A stretch of 64,000 nt of DNA from an uncultured bacterium (GTDB taxonomy: Bacteria; Fidelibacterota; Marinisomatia; Marinisomatales; AB-629-J13): contig CAZBZK010000001.1 in NCBI GenBank assembly GCA_964496365.1, positions 18,254-82,253 on the forward strand, in the 5' to 3' direction. The notes under the pieces are model-generated. The model was not told the DNA's origin, made no database searches, and saw only the letters and a list, made by a program, of their open reading frames with translations. Shown piece by piece: positions 47,201-59,016 of this stretch (position 1 is the stretch's first letter; every line of letters begins with the position of its first letter). Both the position numbers and the translations under genes were made by a program.

Positions 47201-47349
47201 CCTTATCTTTTGGAATCAGAAACAATGACATTTTATTAAAAAACAAAAAAGACAAGCGTTTATCCGTGTCGTTAAACGGAATGGAAATTCAACCCGATAC
47301 TGTGGGCAACGTTATTTCATCTTTTGAAATGATGTTTTTAAACAATTAG
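44227..47349 (+). CDS. mfd: Transcription-repair coupling factor Mfd
   Basis: CarD-like RNAP-interacting region (HEDFGIGTYRGL) and superfamily-2 helicase motifs GDVGFGKTE, VIDEEHRFG, TATPIPRT and QLYQIRGRVGRS. At 1040 aa it is somewhat short, and the N-terminal UvrB-homology module looks divergent. Confidence 0.9.
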   Translation: MVSRETESWTIDQFLYWHKKNILNERFDETVDMSIDALSVVLLSLINASDGFAVVLSPKEADAFLFYSSCYGLCSDLSFFLPGQSMSGVGVSGFITENQRFREEACFVMSRMKKRGLLFSSRDAVDSVLMPTVSDNNKPLKFSINTKIKMSFVVHYLNLWGYIKTDRVVNPLYYSVRGGILDIFPVNSRNPVRVEFFGDTIESIRLFNPYSQRTIKKTNRVMILPRGSERQQKKQPISSFVREKKEIWEWEIKQANPNLYRLKLNKKQHELSWGSYLPFSKKLILSFSENNINKTCFVFSEKNGPLRLPDPFQKPSNIKRVNATIGSGFFLKENVAVLGTNNIPELSVSQKSRWMIDGDGGASHSKILDISDLEWEEPLVHEDFGIGTYRGLEVTSGGECIKLKYADGGAVYVPVASFHKIHRLVGVPDGSIKISSLKTKQWGRKKTAVKQYAESIAGDLLKTYLERQASRGFSYTHNGDLYKAVCESFPYNETKDQLVALKDVILDMKRSVPMDRLICGDVGFGKTEIAIRASIMAIESGKMVFVLAPTTVLANQHFISFCGRFSPLGARVELLSRFRTKREQNGIIELVGNGKIDVLVGTHRLLSDDVNTEGLGLIVIDEEHRFGVKQKEKIKSLKASIDILTLTATPIPRTLKQSLTGMKNISVINTPPKSRKPIKTFVLYFDWEKIFKIIEAEVNRGGQVYFVHNNIQSLPFINEKIETKFKNCIVRSAHGKMNSRVLEKTMLGFFNSEIDILCCTTIVGSGLDIPSANTMIVNNAHCFGLSQLYQIRGRVGRSVQQGFCYLFVPKGRAVEGVAFQRLKTLEQNTSLGSGYKVALKDMNIRGAGDLFGTKQSGGVSSVGFHMYNKILKEALDKERGIKHEKNIPKISTAFSSGIPEDYMPLAEDRLYFYQTLALASSLKKVNDIKEEVIDRFGRVPVGVLFLLEISRLRVLLTNSSVQQVYIHKKGLDLSVTSLSPFTEVEDFYTQISLSFGIRNNDILLKNKKDKRLSVSLNGMEIQPDTVGNVISSFEMMFLNN
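44230..44244. repeat. GTTTCACGTGAAACA element, copy 2, at mnmG/mfd junction
   Basis: Read directly. It is an identical 15-mer beginning 3 nt after the mfd ATG (44227). Confidence 0.9.
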
Positions 47350-47372
47350 GCATGTTAAATTTCCTGCTTTAA

Positions 47373-48191
47373 ATGTTTCAATATAAAAATTTAATCTTGT
47401 CCTTTTTGGTGTGTTTTTCTGTTTTCTGTTCCGATAAAAAAGAAAGCAGTTCTTCAAAAATACTGGCTCGTGTTGGAGACAACTCTATTAGTATCAATAA
47501 CATAGAAAGAATTTATGGTAAATATCCCATCGATAGTTTGCTTGTTTATAATTATCTTTCAAGGTGGGTAGAAAATGAATTATTATTTCAGGGCGGAGTT
47601 TCTCTTGGGCTTCACCATGATGAAAATATTTTACAAAAAACTTCAACATTTAACAAAAAAATGGTCGGGAATGCTTTTCTTGGCCTCAACCAAAAAGAGA
47701 AAAAAATAAAAGCTGATGCCATTAGAAATTACTATAAAGTCAATAAAAATGAATTTAAAAGACAAGTTCAGGAGGTGGACATCGTTCGTTTTACTGCAAG
47801 GGACAGGCCCTTAGCCCTAAAAATAAAAAACCGGTTAAGAAAAACACCCATTAATAAAATCTCAGATTTTATTTCTAAATATAACGGTACCCAAGAAAAG
47901 ATTAGGTTTGGTGGTTTTCCCCCAAACATTAACCAGAAGGTTTTTAGTAAGGATCATTTTAAAAAGGGGAACATTTTGGGTCCTTATTTGGTTGAATCCG
48001 TTTATCATGTAATTAAAATCGAATCTGTTTATAAAAAGGGTTCATTTTTGGGAGTAGATATTGTTTATGATGAAATTTATCAGCGACTAAAAAACTTAGC
48101 CTTTGCATTAAGGTTAAGAGAGGTTGTTGATAGTTTAAAACTAGAATTTAGTGTAACTATTGATAGTCAAAATATTAGGAGTTTGTTTTAA
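47373..48191 (+). CDS. Lipoprotein with SurA-N/parvulin-like (degenerate PPIase) features
   Basis: Lipobox-like signal (FSVFCS). The C-terminal segment GPYLVESVYHVIKIESV resembles a parvulin core strand. The assignment is weak. Confidence 0.45.
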   Translation: MFQYKNLILSFLVCFSVFCSDKKESSSSKILARVGDNSISINNIERIYGKYPIDSLLVYNYLSRWVENELLFQGGVSLGLHHDENILQKTSTFNKKMVGNAFLGLNQKEKKIKADAIRNYYKVNKNEFKRQVQEVDIVRFTARDRPLALKIKNRLRKTPINKISDFISKYNGTQEKIRFGGFPPNINQKVFSKDHFKKGNILGPYLVESVYHVIKIESVYKKGSFLGVDIVYDEIYQRLKNLAFALRLREVVDSLKLEFSVTIDSQNIRSLF

Positions 48192-48192
48192 A

Positions 48193-49467
48193 ATGAAGTT
48201 TGTTTCGTTATTTTTGTCCTTCGGGTTCCTTGTAGCACAGGATGCTGTTTTTGAGGGCATTTCCGCTGTGGTTGGAAATGCTGTTATTTTAAAAAGTGAT
48301 GTATCCCAGTTGGTATCAATGACAGCACTTCAACAAAACATTGATCTAAAAAACAACCCTGAGGCTTTTTCACAACTTCAATCACATGTGCTTCAAGGAT
48401 TGATTGACCAACGAGTAATTATCGAAATGGCTAAGATAGATTCTGTCGAAGTTAAACCAAAAGATGTTGACGATGCGTTGGATCAGCAAATCGAAAAAAT
48501 CATTTCTCAGGCTGGGAGCAAGGCTCTTGCAGAAGAATATCTCGGTCAGTCAGTTAAATCTTTTAGACGAGAATTTTGGCAAGACATGCAAGACCGATTA
48601 ATAACTGAGCAATACCAATTTTCATTGCTCAACAAAATAAAAATTAGTCGAAATGAGGTTGTTCTCTTTTATGAAGACTATCATGACAGTCTTGGTTTTC
48701 TGCCTACTCTTTATAAAATAAACCACATTCAAATACCTGTTACAGCAAATAGTAACGCACTTTCAAAAGCATTAAACACCATTACTGATTTGAGGAATGA
48801 AATTTTATCCGGAGTCTCTTTTCATTCTTTAGCCATTGACCATTCGGACGATCCTGGAAGTGCAAAATCTGGTGGAGATTTAGGTTATGTACAAAGAGGT
48901 TCGCTGGTAACTGAGTTTGAAGCCATCGCATTCACCCAAGATGTAGGAGTTGTCAGTCACCCGGTTTTAACCGAATTTGGATATCACGTTATAGAAGCTT
49001 TGGATAAACAGGGAGAAAAGGCACGTATCAGACATATCTTGATAAAACCAGAAATTACAGAAGCCGATGATGTAAAATCTTATCAATTAGCTTTGTCAAT
49101 AAAAGATTCGGTGAATAACATAGGTTTATTTAAACAGTTTGCAAAAAAATACTCCAACGATAACAGCACAAAAAATATCGGTGGAGACTTAGGGTGGATA
49201 GATCCATCCATTTTTCCCATACCTGAGCTTAATCAGGCCATTCGGTCAATATCTTCTATTAATGAGTGCAGCCTTCCGTTAAAGTCTTCTGTTGGCTATC
49301 ATTTGGTTTGGGTTTCAGACATAAGACCAGGTGGAAAGCCAACTCTTGCTGACCATTGGACAGAAATAGAAGAAATAGCCTTAAACCATAAAAAATCAAA
49401 ATGGTTTCAAGATTGGCTTACAAAGGCAAAATCTGTTTTGTTTATTTCGGTATTTGATCCATCGTAG
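48193..49467 (+). CDS. surA: Periplasmic chaperone/peptidyl-prolyl isomerase SurA-like (two parvulin domains)
   Basis: Signal peptide MKFVSLFLSFGFLVAQ from ATG 48193 (the track start 48160 overlaps the upstream gene). There are two parvulin blocks (SDDPGSAKSGGDLGYV...GYHVIE and NIGGDLGWI...GYHLVWV). Confidence 0.7.
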   Translation: MKFVSLFLSFGFLVAQDAVFEGISAVVGNAVILKSDVSQLVSMTALQQNIDLKNNPEAFSQLQSHVLQGLIDQRVIIEMAKIDSVEVKPKDVDDALDQQIEKIISQAGSKALAEEYLGQSVKSFRREFWQDMQDRLITEQYQFSLLNKIKISRNEVVLFYEDYHDSLGFLPTLYKINHIQIPVTANSNALSKALNTITDLRNEILSGVSFHSLAIDHSDDPGSAKSGGDLGYVQRGSLVTEFEAIAFTQDVGVVSHPVLTEFGYHVIEALDKQGEKARIRHILIKPEITEADDVKSYQLALSIKDSVNNIGLFKQFAKKYSNDNSTKNIGGDLGWIDPSIFPIPELNQAIRSISSINECSLPLKSSVGYHLVWVSDIRPGGKPTLADHWTEIEEIALNHKKSKWFQDWLTKAKSVLFISVFDPS

Positions 49468-49481
49468 TTTTATTAACATCA

Positions 49482-49700
49482 TTATCCACAACGACCCTGT
49501 TTTATGTTTTTTCAGTATTATCCTCATTTCTTTAAGATAATATTCACATTTTCATAATAGTTTTAAACATAAAGAAACCCTTTAAATAAAAACCTTTTTT
49601 AATTGATTTTATTTATTCACAGTTCGTCTTGGATATATTTATCCACATTGTCCACGTGTATATTATTATTACTAATTTAATACTTAGTTAAATTTAAAAA
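49482..49700. other. Candidate chromosomal replication origin (oriC): DnaA-box cluster plus trio-like repeat plus AT-rich unwinding region
   Basis: All boxes are in the same orientation: TTATCCACA 49482-49490 and 49639-49647 (perfect); TTATCCTCA 49518-49526 and TTATTCACA 49613-49621 (1 mismatch); ATATTCACA 49540-49548 and TTGTCCACG 49648-49656 (2 mismatches). ATATTATTATTACTA follows at 49660-49674, and A/T-rich sequence continues to about 49700. Confidence 0.65.
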
Positions 49701-49772
49701 CCTTCGACAATTTGTCTTTTTCTCAATTTGTCTTTAACACAAACCTATTTAAATTTGGGGACTTTATTTGCA

Positions 49773-50888
49773 ATGAAATTTTCAACTACCAAAACGGATC
49801 TCCAAACAGCCTTACAAAAACTCTCAAAAATTGTACCCACGAGGTCAACCATTCCAATTCTTGGAAATGTATTGATTTCTCCTGATAAAGGGTCAATAAT
49901 TATGAGAGCAACGGACCTTGAACAAACCATGGTATTAACCATACCTGCCAGTATTAAAGAAGAGGGAGTTGCCGTTATTCCTGTTGATACATTCTTAAAC
50001 ATTACCAACGAATTGCCTGACGGAAGAATATCGTTGACTGTGGATGACCAACAAAATATTTCATTAGAAAACGAAACAGGAAAATATGATTTAAAAGGAA
50101 TGGCACCTGAAGAGTTTCCTGCACCACCAGAGCCAGATGAACAAAAGCCTATTTTCTTTTCATCAGAATTATTAAAGTCCGTGTTTCAAGTAACAGGTTT
50201 TGCCATAAGCCGAGATGATTTAAAACCAGCATTAACAGGAGTATTATTTCAATTTGGAGAATCTAATCTTACTACCGTTGCGACAGACGGTCACCGGTTA
50301 GTAAGGTTTATCATTAACAATTTTGAGTCGGGAGATTTTTCTGGAGATATTATTTTACCCAGAAAGTTTTTAAGTTTAGCTCAAGCCCTTTTGGTACAAA
50401 CAGACACAGTTGAATTCCAAATTGGCAAGAATCATATCACAGCATCCTTTGGGAGCGATATGATATATACACGAATCATCGGAGAAAGATATCCTAATTA
50501 CGAAAGCGTCATTCCTAATAATAATGATAAATCAATAACCATTGATTCACAAGAAATTGTATCTGCTGTTAGAAGAGTTTCTATCTTCTCAAATAGAACG
50601 ACTCAACAAATTGCGATTAAAATTGATAATGGAAATTTAGAAATAGCAACCGAAGACCCTGAAAAAGCAGCTAAGGCAATAGAAACACTTTCTGTAGAAT
50701 ATTCAGGAGAACCGATTACCATTGGGTATAATGCATCCTATTTGAAGGAATTATTATCATTTATTCCAAGTAAAAACGTTGTATTAAAATTAAACACCCC
50801 CATTAGTGCAACCGTTTTTTATCCGGAAAAAGCAGAGAAAGATAAAGAAATCACCATGTTGCTTATGCCGATTCGGCTAAACGATTAA
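49773..50888 (+). CDS. dnaN: DNA polymerase III beta sliding clamp
   Basis: From ATG 49773 the N-terminus is MKFSTTKTDLQTALQKLSKIVPTRSTIPILGNVLI, the canonical DnaN N-terminus. C-terminal ...MLLMPIRL. The track start TTG 49728 adds 15 unlikely residues. Confidence 0.95.
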   Translation: MKFSTTKTDLQTALQKLSKIVPTRSTIPILGNVLISPDKGSIIMRATDLEQTMVLTIPASIKEEGVAVIPVDTFLNITNELPDGRISLTVDDQQNISLENETGKYDLKGMAPEEFPAPPEPDEQKPIFFSSELLKSVFQVTGFAISRDDLKPALTGVLFQFGESNLTTVATDGHRLVRFIINNFESGDFSGDIILPRKFLSLAQALLVQTDTVEFQIGKNHITASFGSDMIYTRIIGERYPNYESVIPNNNDKSITIDSQEIVSAVRRVSIFSNRTTQQIAIKIDNGNLEIATEDPEKAAKAIETLSVEYSGEPITIGYNASYLKELLSFIPSKNVVLKLNTPISATVFYPEKAEKDKEITMLLMPIRLND

Positions 50889-50945
50889 CAAAAGCACAAA
50901 CAACACAGGAATTGAAAACAGTAATGCTTTTTATTTGGAAGGGAG

Positions 50946-52006
50946 ATGTCCATAAAAAAGCTTGAAATTGAATGTTTTAGAAATCACGATAAACGCTCAT
51001 TCACATTTACCGACGGAATAAATATTATTTTTGGAAAAAACGGATCAGGAAAAACGTCTATCTTAGAAGCAATACATTTACTGTCGCTGGGAAAGAGTTT
51101 TAGGACACCCAACCGACGCTTATTAATTCAAAACGGGAGAACCCAGTTTACAACAAAAGCAGTTTTCGAAAAAACACATGTTAAAAAAATAGAGTGGAGA
51201 CAAAACATTAAAGGGGAAAAAAAAATTAAAGCAGACGAAAATCCCGTGAGTAAGATAAAAACACTAGTAGGAAAAAACCCCACCGTGGTATTGTCTCCTG
51301 ATGAACCGGTCGTAACAAAAGGAAGCCCATCTCAAAGAAGAAAGTATTTTGACAAAGTGTTTTGCACAGGATCCAAAACCTACTTAACCATATTAGAACA
51401 ATTTAATCGAGCGTTAAAACAAAGAAATGCAGGTATAATTTCCCATTACGAAGGAAAACCATATTCCGTATCTGTTGAACCATGGAACGAAACTTATGTC
51501 CAATCTTCTTTTCAATTATGGGAAGAACGAAAAACAATGTTTAAATTGTATAATTCTCTTTTTAAAAAACCACTTAATAGGGAAAAAGCACATAGAGCAG
51601 AGTGTGTTTACTCCGTTAGTTTTCCTGATGATAAAGATAAATTCAGAGTGAAAATTGAAACAGAAAAAAGAAGGGAATTAATTTATAAACGAACATTAAG
51701 CGGACCACACCAAGACAAAATTAATATTAATTACAAAGGGGAGGACATAAGAAATCATGGATCACAAGGCGAACACAAATGGACACTTGTGTTATTAAAA
51801 AAAGCAGAGTTTTCGCTTTTTAAACACTCAAATCATACCAAACCGTTTTTTTTGCTTGATGATCTGTTTTCAGAATTAGATCGAAGCAGAAGCAACGATG
51901 TATTAAGTTTATTAAGAGGAGGAACACAAGCCCTGATCACGACAACGGACGTGGGTCACCTTAAAGAGTTTGGTATTACTGATTTTTCATCTATTAATAT
52001 GAGCAA

Positions 52007-52010
<4 letters not shown>
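50946..52010 (+). CDS. recF: DNA replication and repair protein RecF
   Basis: Walker A GKNGSGKTSILEA, signature region SQGEHKW, Walker B FFLLDDLFSELD. Confidence 0.9.
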
Positions 52011-54252
<2,242 letters not shown>

Positions 54253-54270
54253 TAGATTAGGATACTGACA

Positions 54271-56772
54271 ATGGTTGATTTAAACAGAAACAACACCTTA
54301 CCCAGAGACATCGTGGATGAAATGAGAGAAAGTTATCTTAATTATTCCATGTCTGTTATCGTATCCAGAGCCCTGCCAGATGTCAGAGATGGACTAAAGC
54401 CTGTCCATCGTAGGATTCTGTACGGAATGAATGAATTGGGCTCGCAATGGAATCGTCCATATAAGAAATCAGCAAGAATTGTAGGTGATGTATTGGGGAA
54501 ATATCATCCGCATGGAGATTCGTCTGTTTATGATGCCTTGGTGAGAATGGCGCAGGGGTTTTCAATGCGTTATGGACTAGTTGATGGACAAGGAAACTTT
54601 GGATCCATTGATGGAGATAATGCAGCAGCCATGCGTTACACAGAGTCAAGAATGACACGGCTTTCCAGTGAAATGCTAAAAGACTTGGAAAAAGAAACGG
54701 TCGAGTGGACATTAAATTTTGACGAAACACTTAAAGAACCCTCTGTTTTACCCTCAGCGGTTCCTAATTTATTGATAAACGGTTCAGAAGGAATCGCCGT
54801 TGGCATGTCAACAAAAATTCCACCCCATAACTTAACAGAAGTCATAAATGGTCTCATTGCCCTAATAGATAATGACAACATAGAAACACACGAACTTATG
54901 AGCCACATTAAGGGTCCCGATTTTCCAACATTTGGGTTGATTATGGGGAAGGATGGTCTAGAAAGTGCATATACCACAGGGAGAGGAAAAATAAAAATGA
55001 GAGCCCGGGCTCATGTTGAATCCACAAAGTCGGGAAAAAACAGCATCATTGTTACCGAAATACCCTATCAGGTTAACAAGGCAACATTGATGGAGAAAAT
55101 TGCAGATTTGGTGAGGGATAAAAAAATAGAAGGAATCAGCGATTTACGAGATGAGTCTGATAAGGATGGTATTCGGGTTGTTATCGAAACAAAAAAAGAT
55201 GCTATTCCTGAAGTAATTTTAAATTTATTGTACAAACACACGCAATTACAAGACACATTTGGAATTATCCTTTTGGCCCTCGTTGATGGTGTACCCAAAA
55301 TAATGCCACTAAAAGAGATATTAAAGCATTTTATAGATTTCAGGCATGAAATAATTGTTCGTAGAACTCAATATGATTTAAAAATTGCAGAAGCTCGAGC
55401 ACATATATTAGAAGGACTAAAAATTGCGTTGGATAATATAGATGCTATAATCAAAATCATTAGAGGAAGCAAAGACCCCGTACAGGCAAAAGAAGGTTTG
55501 ATGAACAATTTTAATCTTTCGGAAAAACAATCACAAGCTATTTTGGAAATGAGACTTCAAAAATTAACAGGCTTAGAAACAGAAAAGATAGTGGAAGAAT
55601 ACAAAGAAACCATAAAAACAATTGCCTACCTTAAAGGAATTTTAGATAGCCGCACGCAAAGAATGGATATTATTAAAAAAGAGCTGATGGGAATTCGTGA
55701 AACATTTGGTGATGAACGAAAGACAGAAATAATTCCTGTGTCTACTGATTTTTCAATTGAGGACATGATTGCAGAAGAAGAAGTTGTTATCACAGTTACT
55801 CATAATGGGTATATCAAAAGGACAGCTGTAACGACCTATAGAACACAAAGAAGAGGAGGAAGAGGAGTACAGGGTGCGATATCAAAAGATGAAGATTTTG
55901 TAGAGCATCTTTTTATTGCAAACACTCATAATTATATTCTGTTTTTTACGGACAAAGGGAAGTGTTATTGGTTGAAGGTGTATGATATTCCTCAAGGGGG
56001 AAGAGCCACAAGAGGCAGAGCAATTGTTAATTTAATTGGATGTGAGTCGGGGGAAAAAGTCAATGCGTTTGTGAGCGTGAAAGAATTTGATGATGATCAT
56101 TATATTGTCATGGCAACCCAAAACGGAACCGTGAAAAAAACAGTATTATCTGCGTATGGCAACCCAAGGAAAGGAGGTATTTATGCCATTGAAATAAGGG
56201 AAGGCGACATGCTAATAGAAGCACGAATTACAAATGGGGAACACGATATTCTTTTAGGAACTCACGAAGGGAAATCAATTCGATTTTCAGAAAGTGAAAT
56301 AAAACCCAAAGGAAGAAAAACAATGGGAGTCATTGGCATTACACTTAGTTCAAAAGAAGACAAGGTCGTAGGAATGTTGATTGTGAAAAGAGAAGGAACC
56401 ATATTGGTAGGCACAGAAAAAGGATACGGAAAAAGAACAGATGTGATTCAATATAGAACACAAACAAGAGGAGGAAAAGGAGTTTTAACCATGCGATGTA
56501 CGGAGAAAACAGGTAAGATGGTTAATATTATGGAGGTGGTTGATTCTGATGATTTAATTGTTATTACAGACTCAGGTGTATTAATGCGACAACCCGTAGC
56601 AGACATCCGAACGATTGGAAGAGTAACCCAGGGCGTTAGGCTGGTAAAGCTGGATATAGGCACAACAATTTCCTCCATTACCAGAGTGACTCATGAGGAT
56701 GAAACACCGAATAGAGAAACGGAAACAGACACCGATCTACTAACCAAAGAGATAGACGTTGAACAGGAATGA
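54271..56772 (+). CDS. gyrA: DNA gyrase subunit A
   Basis: Motifs [27 protein letters not shown] and [18 protein letters not shown], the active-site Tyr region AAMRYTE, and C-terminal beta-pinwheel repeats. Confidence 0.97.
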   Translation: MVDLNRNNTLPRDIVDEMRESYLNYSMSVIVSRALPDVRDGLKPVHRRILYGMNELGSQWNRPYKKSARIVGDVLGKYHPHGDSSVYDALVRMAQGFSMRYGLVDGQGNFGSIDGDNAAAMRYTESRMTRLSSEMLKDLEKETVEWTLNFDETLKEPSVLPSAVPNLLINGSEGIAVGMSTKIPPHNLTEVINGLIALIDNDNIETHELMSHIKGPDFPTFGLIMGKDGLESAYTTGRGKIKMRARAHVESTKSGKNSIIVTEIPYQVNKATLMEKIADLVRDKKIEGISDLRDESDKDGIRVVIETKKDAIPEVILNLLYKHTQLQDTFGIILLALVDGVPKIMPLKEILKHFIDFRHEIIVRRTQYDLKIAEARAHILEGLKIALDNIDAIIKIIRGSKDPVQAKEGLMNNFNLSEKQSQAILEMRLQKLTGLETEKIVEEYKETIKTIAYLKGILDSRTQRMDIIKKELMGIRETFGDERKTEIIPVSTDFSIEDMIAEEEVVITVTHNGYIKRTAVTTYRTQRRGGRGVQGAISKDEDFVEHLFIANTHNYILFFTDKGKCYWLKVYDIPQGGRATRGRAIVNLIGCESGEKVNAFVSVKEFDDDHYIVMATQNGTVKKTVLSAYGNPRKGGIYAIEIREGDMLIEARITNGEHDILLGTHEGKSIRFSESEIKPKGRKTMGVIGITLSSKEDKVVGMLIVKREGTILVGTEKGYGKRTDVIQYRTQTRGGKGVLTMRCTEKTGKMVNIMEVVDSDDLIVITDSGVLMRQPVADIRTIGRVTQGVRLVKLDIGTTISSITRVTHEDETPNRETETDTDLLTKEIDVEQE

Positions 56773-57464
56773 CCATCGAAGACAACCTGAAAAAAATTCG
56801 GGAGAAAATTAACAAAGCAGGACAACAATCAGGTCTTTTGCAAAAGACAGAAATAATAGCGGTAACCAAAACACATCCTTTTTCAGCGATACAAACATGC
56901 TACAATTCCGGGGTTTTTTCGATTGGAGAAAATAAAATTCAGGAAGCACAAGTAAAATTTCAATCAAAACCAACACTGCCCAAATTAAAAAAAAGGTTTA
57001 TAGGACATCTCCAGTCCAATAAAGTCAAAAAATGTTTAGAATTATTTGATACAATTGATTCAATTGATACAGTAAAAATTGCTGGAAAAATTAACAAAAC
57101 AGCACAAGTTCTAAACAAAATAATTCCGGTTTTACTAGAGGTCAATATAGCAAAAGAACCGCAAAAGTTTGGATTTTTTTCAGATGAGATTGATAAAATG
57201 CTGGAATGTTTTGAATGTTCACATTTACACATACAAGGGCTTATGGCTGTCGCACCAGCACACAAAACAAAAAAACAAAAACACATTGCATTTAGAATAT
57301 TAAGAGAGACAAAAGAAACCCTAAACAAACAAAAGCCAACAGGATATCAGAATTTGACAGAACTTTCCATGGGAATGAGTAACGATTTCGAATTGGCTGT
57401 GAAGGAAGGATCCACACAGGTTAGAATAGGAACAGCATTGTTTGGAAAAAGGAAAGCAAACTGA
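56769..57464 (+). CDS. yggS: YggS-family pyridoxal phosphate homeostasis protein
   Basis: The pattern AVTKTHP (PLP Lys), [16 protein letters not shown] and [31 protein letters not shown] overlap with gyrA. Confidence 0.85.
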   Translation: MTIEDNLKKIREKINKAGQQSGLLQKTEIIAVTKTHPFSAIQTCYNSGVFSIGENKIQEAQVKFQSKPTLPKLKKRFIGHLQSNKVKKCLELFDTIDSIDTVKIAGKINKTAQVLNKIIPVLLEVNIAKEPQKFGFFSDEIDKMLECFECSHLHIQGLMAVAPAHKTKKQKHIAFRILRETKETLNKQKPTGYQNLTELSMGMSNDFELAVKEGSTQVRIGTALFGKRKAN

Positions 57465-57475
57465 AAACCATTGTA

Positions 57476-57994
57476 TTGGGTTCAACCCCGGAACATTTCG
57501 GGTTGGACCTTGCAAACCCCATAGGAAAAAAGGCATTTACTTACTTTAAAGAAGGAAACAAATTCCTTTGGTATAAAGAGAGCCTTCCTTCTTTAGAGTG
57601 TGTTATGGCATCGGTTTCAAAAGAAAAGACCCTTTTGTTTTTTGATAGAATAAAAGGGTCCCAAGAAGCCATTTCCATCAAAGACCATGTGAATATTTCC
57701 GGTTTAAATGGATTGATAGGACAAACACCCATTCAAAATTTTCCCATGTTCCCTGATATGACAAACATTTACATTTCAGCAGAAGGATTCGCTCAAAAAA
57801 CCGTTTATACTGTCGGAAAGAGCAGATTTTCTGAACCAAGGTCATCTAATAAAATTGTGTCTGAAGCTATTGGAATTTTGGCTCCACTATTTAAGTACAT
57901 CGAAATAAAAGTAATGGGAATCGGAATTCCTTACAACATTGCTGAAAACGATAAAACGATTAATAACTGTATTCAGAAATTGGATGTGTACTAA
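57476..57994 (+). CDS. Short, degenerate purine-nucleoside-phosphorylase-like protein (possibly a gene remnant)
   Basis: The segment KDHVNISGLNGLIGQTPIQNFPMFPDMTNIY parallels the PNP/MTAP block DHIN..G.NPL.G.N....G.RF.DMS..Y. The protein is only 172 aa and lacks the N-terminal GSGLG phosphate loop and the GMS motif. TTG start. Confidence 0.4.
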   Translation: MGSTPEHFGLDLANPIGKKAFTYFKEGNKFLWYKESLPSLECVMASVSKEKTLLFFDRIKGSQEAISIKDHVNISGLNGLIGQTPIQNFPMFPDMTNIYISAEGFAQKTVYTVGKSRFSEPRSSNKIVSEAIGILAPLFKYIEIKVMGIGIPYNIAENDKTINNCIQKLDVY

Positions 57995-59001
57995 ATTAAT
58001 TTAGAAATTTCGGTTCCAAGCCGTACATTATTAACAGCAAGAGCTACATTTGTCTCAAGGCATTTACCGTCAGTTTTGTCGTTTAGATCTTGTAGCAAAA
58101 AAGGAGTTAGCTCTGGACCGGATATGCCTGTACTTTTAGCCTTTTTTGCTGCTCTATCTATAACATTGGTTAGTTTACTAAATGGAATCTGATAGTTTTT
58201 GGGTACGGGATTTGCAACTATAAGCCCAGAGCGAACTCCAGAAAGCAGATGGTGTTTCCAAATGTCTGCAATTTCTTGGGGTGTTTTTGCCGTGACGTCA
58301 ACAGGCAAGTCCGAATCTCTGGACCAAAAAGAAGGAAAACGACTGGTTTGATATCCAACAATCGGAACACCAAAAAACTCAAGGGCTTCAAACGTTTTTT
58401 GCATATCAAGAATAGCCTTTGCTCCTGAAGTTATTACAATGATGGGTGTGCGACTAAGAGCAAGAAGGTCTTGGGACATATCAAATTGTTGAGAAAAATC
58501 TCGATGAACACCACCAATACCGCCTGTACAAAACACAGATAATCCAGCTTGATTTGCTATGTGTACCCCAGCAGAAACGGTAGTGCCACCAGACCATTTT
58601 TGAGACATTGCAATTCCTATATTTCTGTATGAAATTTTTTTTAAATTATCTCGATTCATCAAGGTTATTAATTCCTTTTCTGATGATCCGATACATATAC
58701 CTCCGTCTTTCATAGACAAGAAAGCAGGTGAAACACCGGAATCTCTACATGCACGAAAAGCAGAATGTATAAAAATTTTTCCACTTTCTAATGGCATACC
58801 GTGAGTCAGAATTGCTGTTTCAATGGAGACGACCGGCAGACCGGAATCAATTTTTTTCTTCAATGAATGTTTTATTAACAATGCGCTTCTCAAATTTTCT
58901 TTATCAAACACATAGGAGAAATTAGAAAAGATAAGCGGAACGAATGCTTCGTATTTCTTTGATATTTTTGCAAACGCCAACAAGTACCACACAGAGAGCA
59001 T
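57991..59001 (-). CDS. psuG: Pseudouridine-5'-phosphate glycosidase
   Basis: Motifs PVVSIETAILTHGMP, FCTGGIGGVHR, GAKAILD and FGVPIVGYQT...FPSFW match the PsuG/YeiN family. The annotated N-terminus is about 24 aa longer than typical, so the true start may be internal. Confidence 0.85.
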   Translation of the reverse strand: MLSVWYLLAFAKISKKYEAFVPLIFSNFSYVFDKENLRSALLIKHSLKKKIDSGLPVVSIETAILTHGMPLESGKIFIHSAFRACRDSGVSPAFLSMKDGGICIGSSEKELITLMNRDNLKKISYRNIGIAMSQKWSGGTTVSAGVHIANQAGLSVFCTGGIGGVHRDFSQQFDMSQDLLALSRTPIIVITSGAKAILDMQKTFEALEFFGVPIVGYQTSRFPSFWSRDSDLPVDVTAKTPQEIADIWKHHLLSGVRSGLIVANPVPKNYQIPFSKLTNVIDRAAKKAKSTGISGPELTPFLLQDLNDKTDGKCLETNVALAVNNVRLGTEISKLI

Positions 59002-59016
59002 AGCCTACCAAATTAA

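Noticed and set aside
49653-49658. CACGTG core inside the oriC box pair, as a third copy of the mnmG-flanking palindrome
   Set aside because: Only the 6-bp core is shared. CACGTG is expected several times by chance in 64 kb, and the flanks differ (TCCACGTGTA versus TTTCACGTGAAA).
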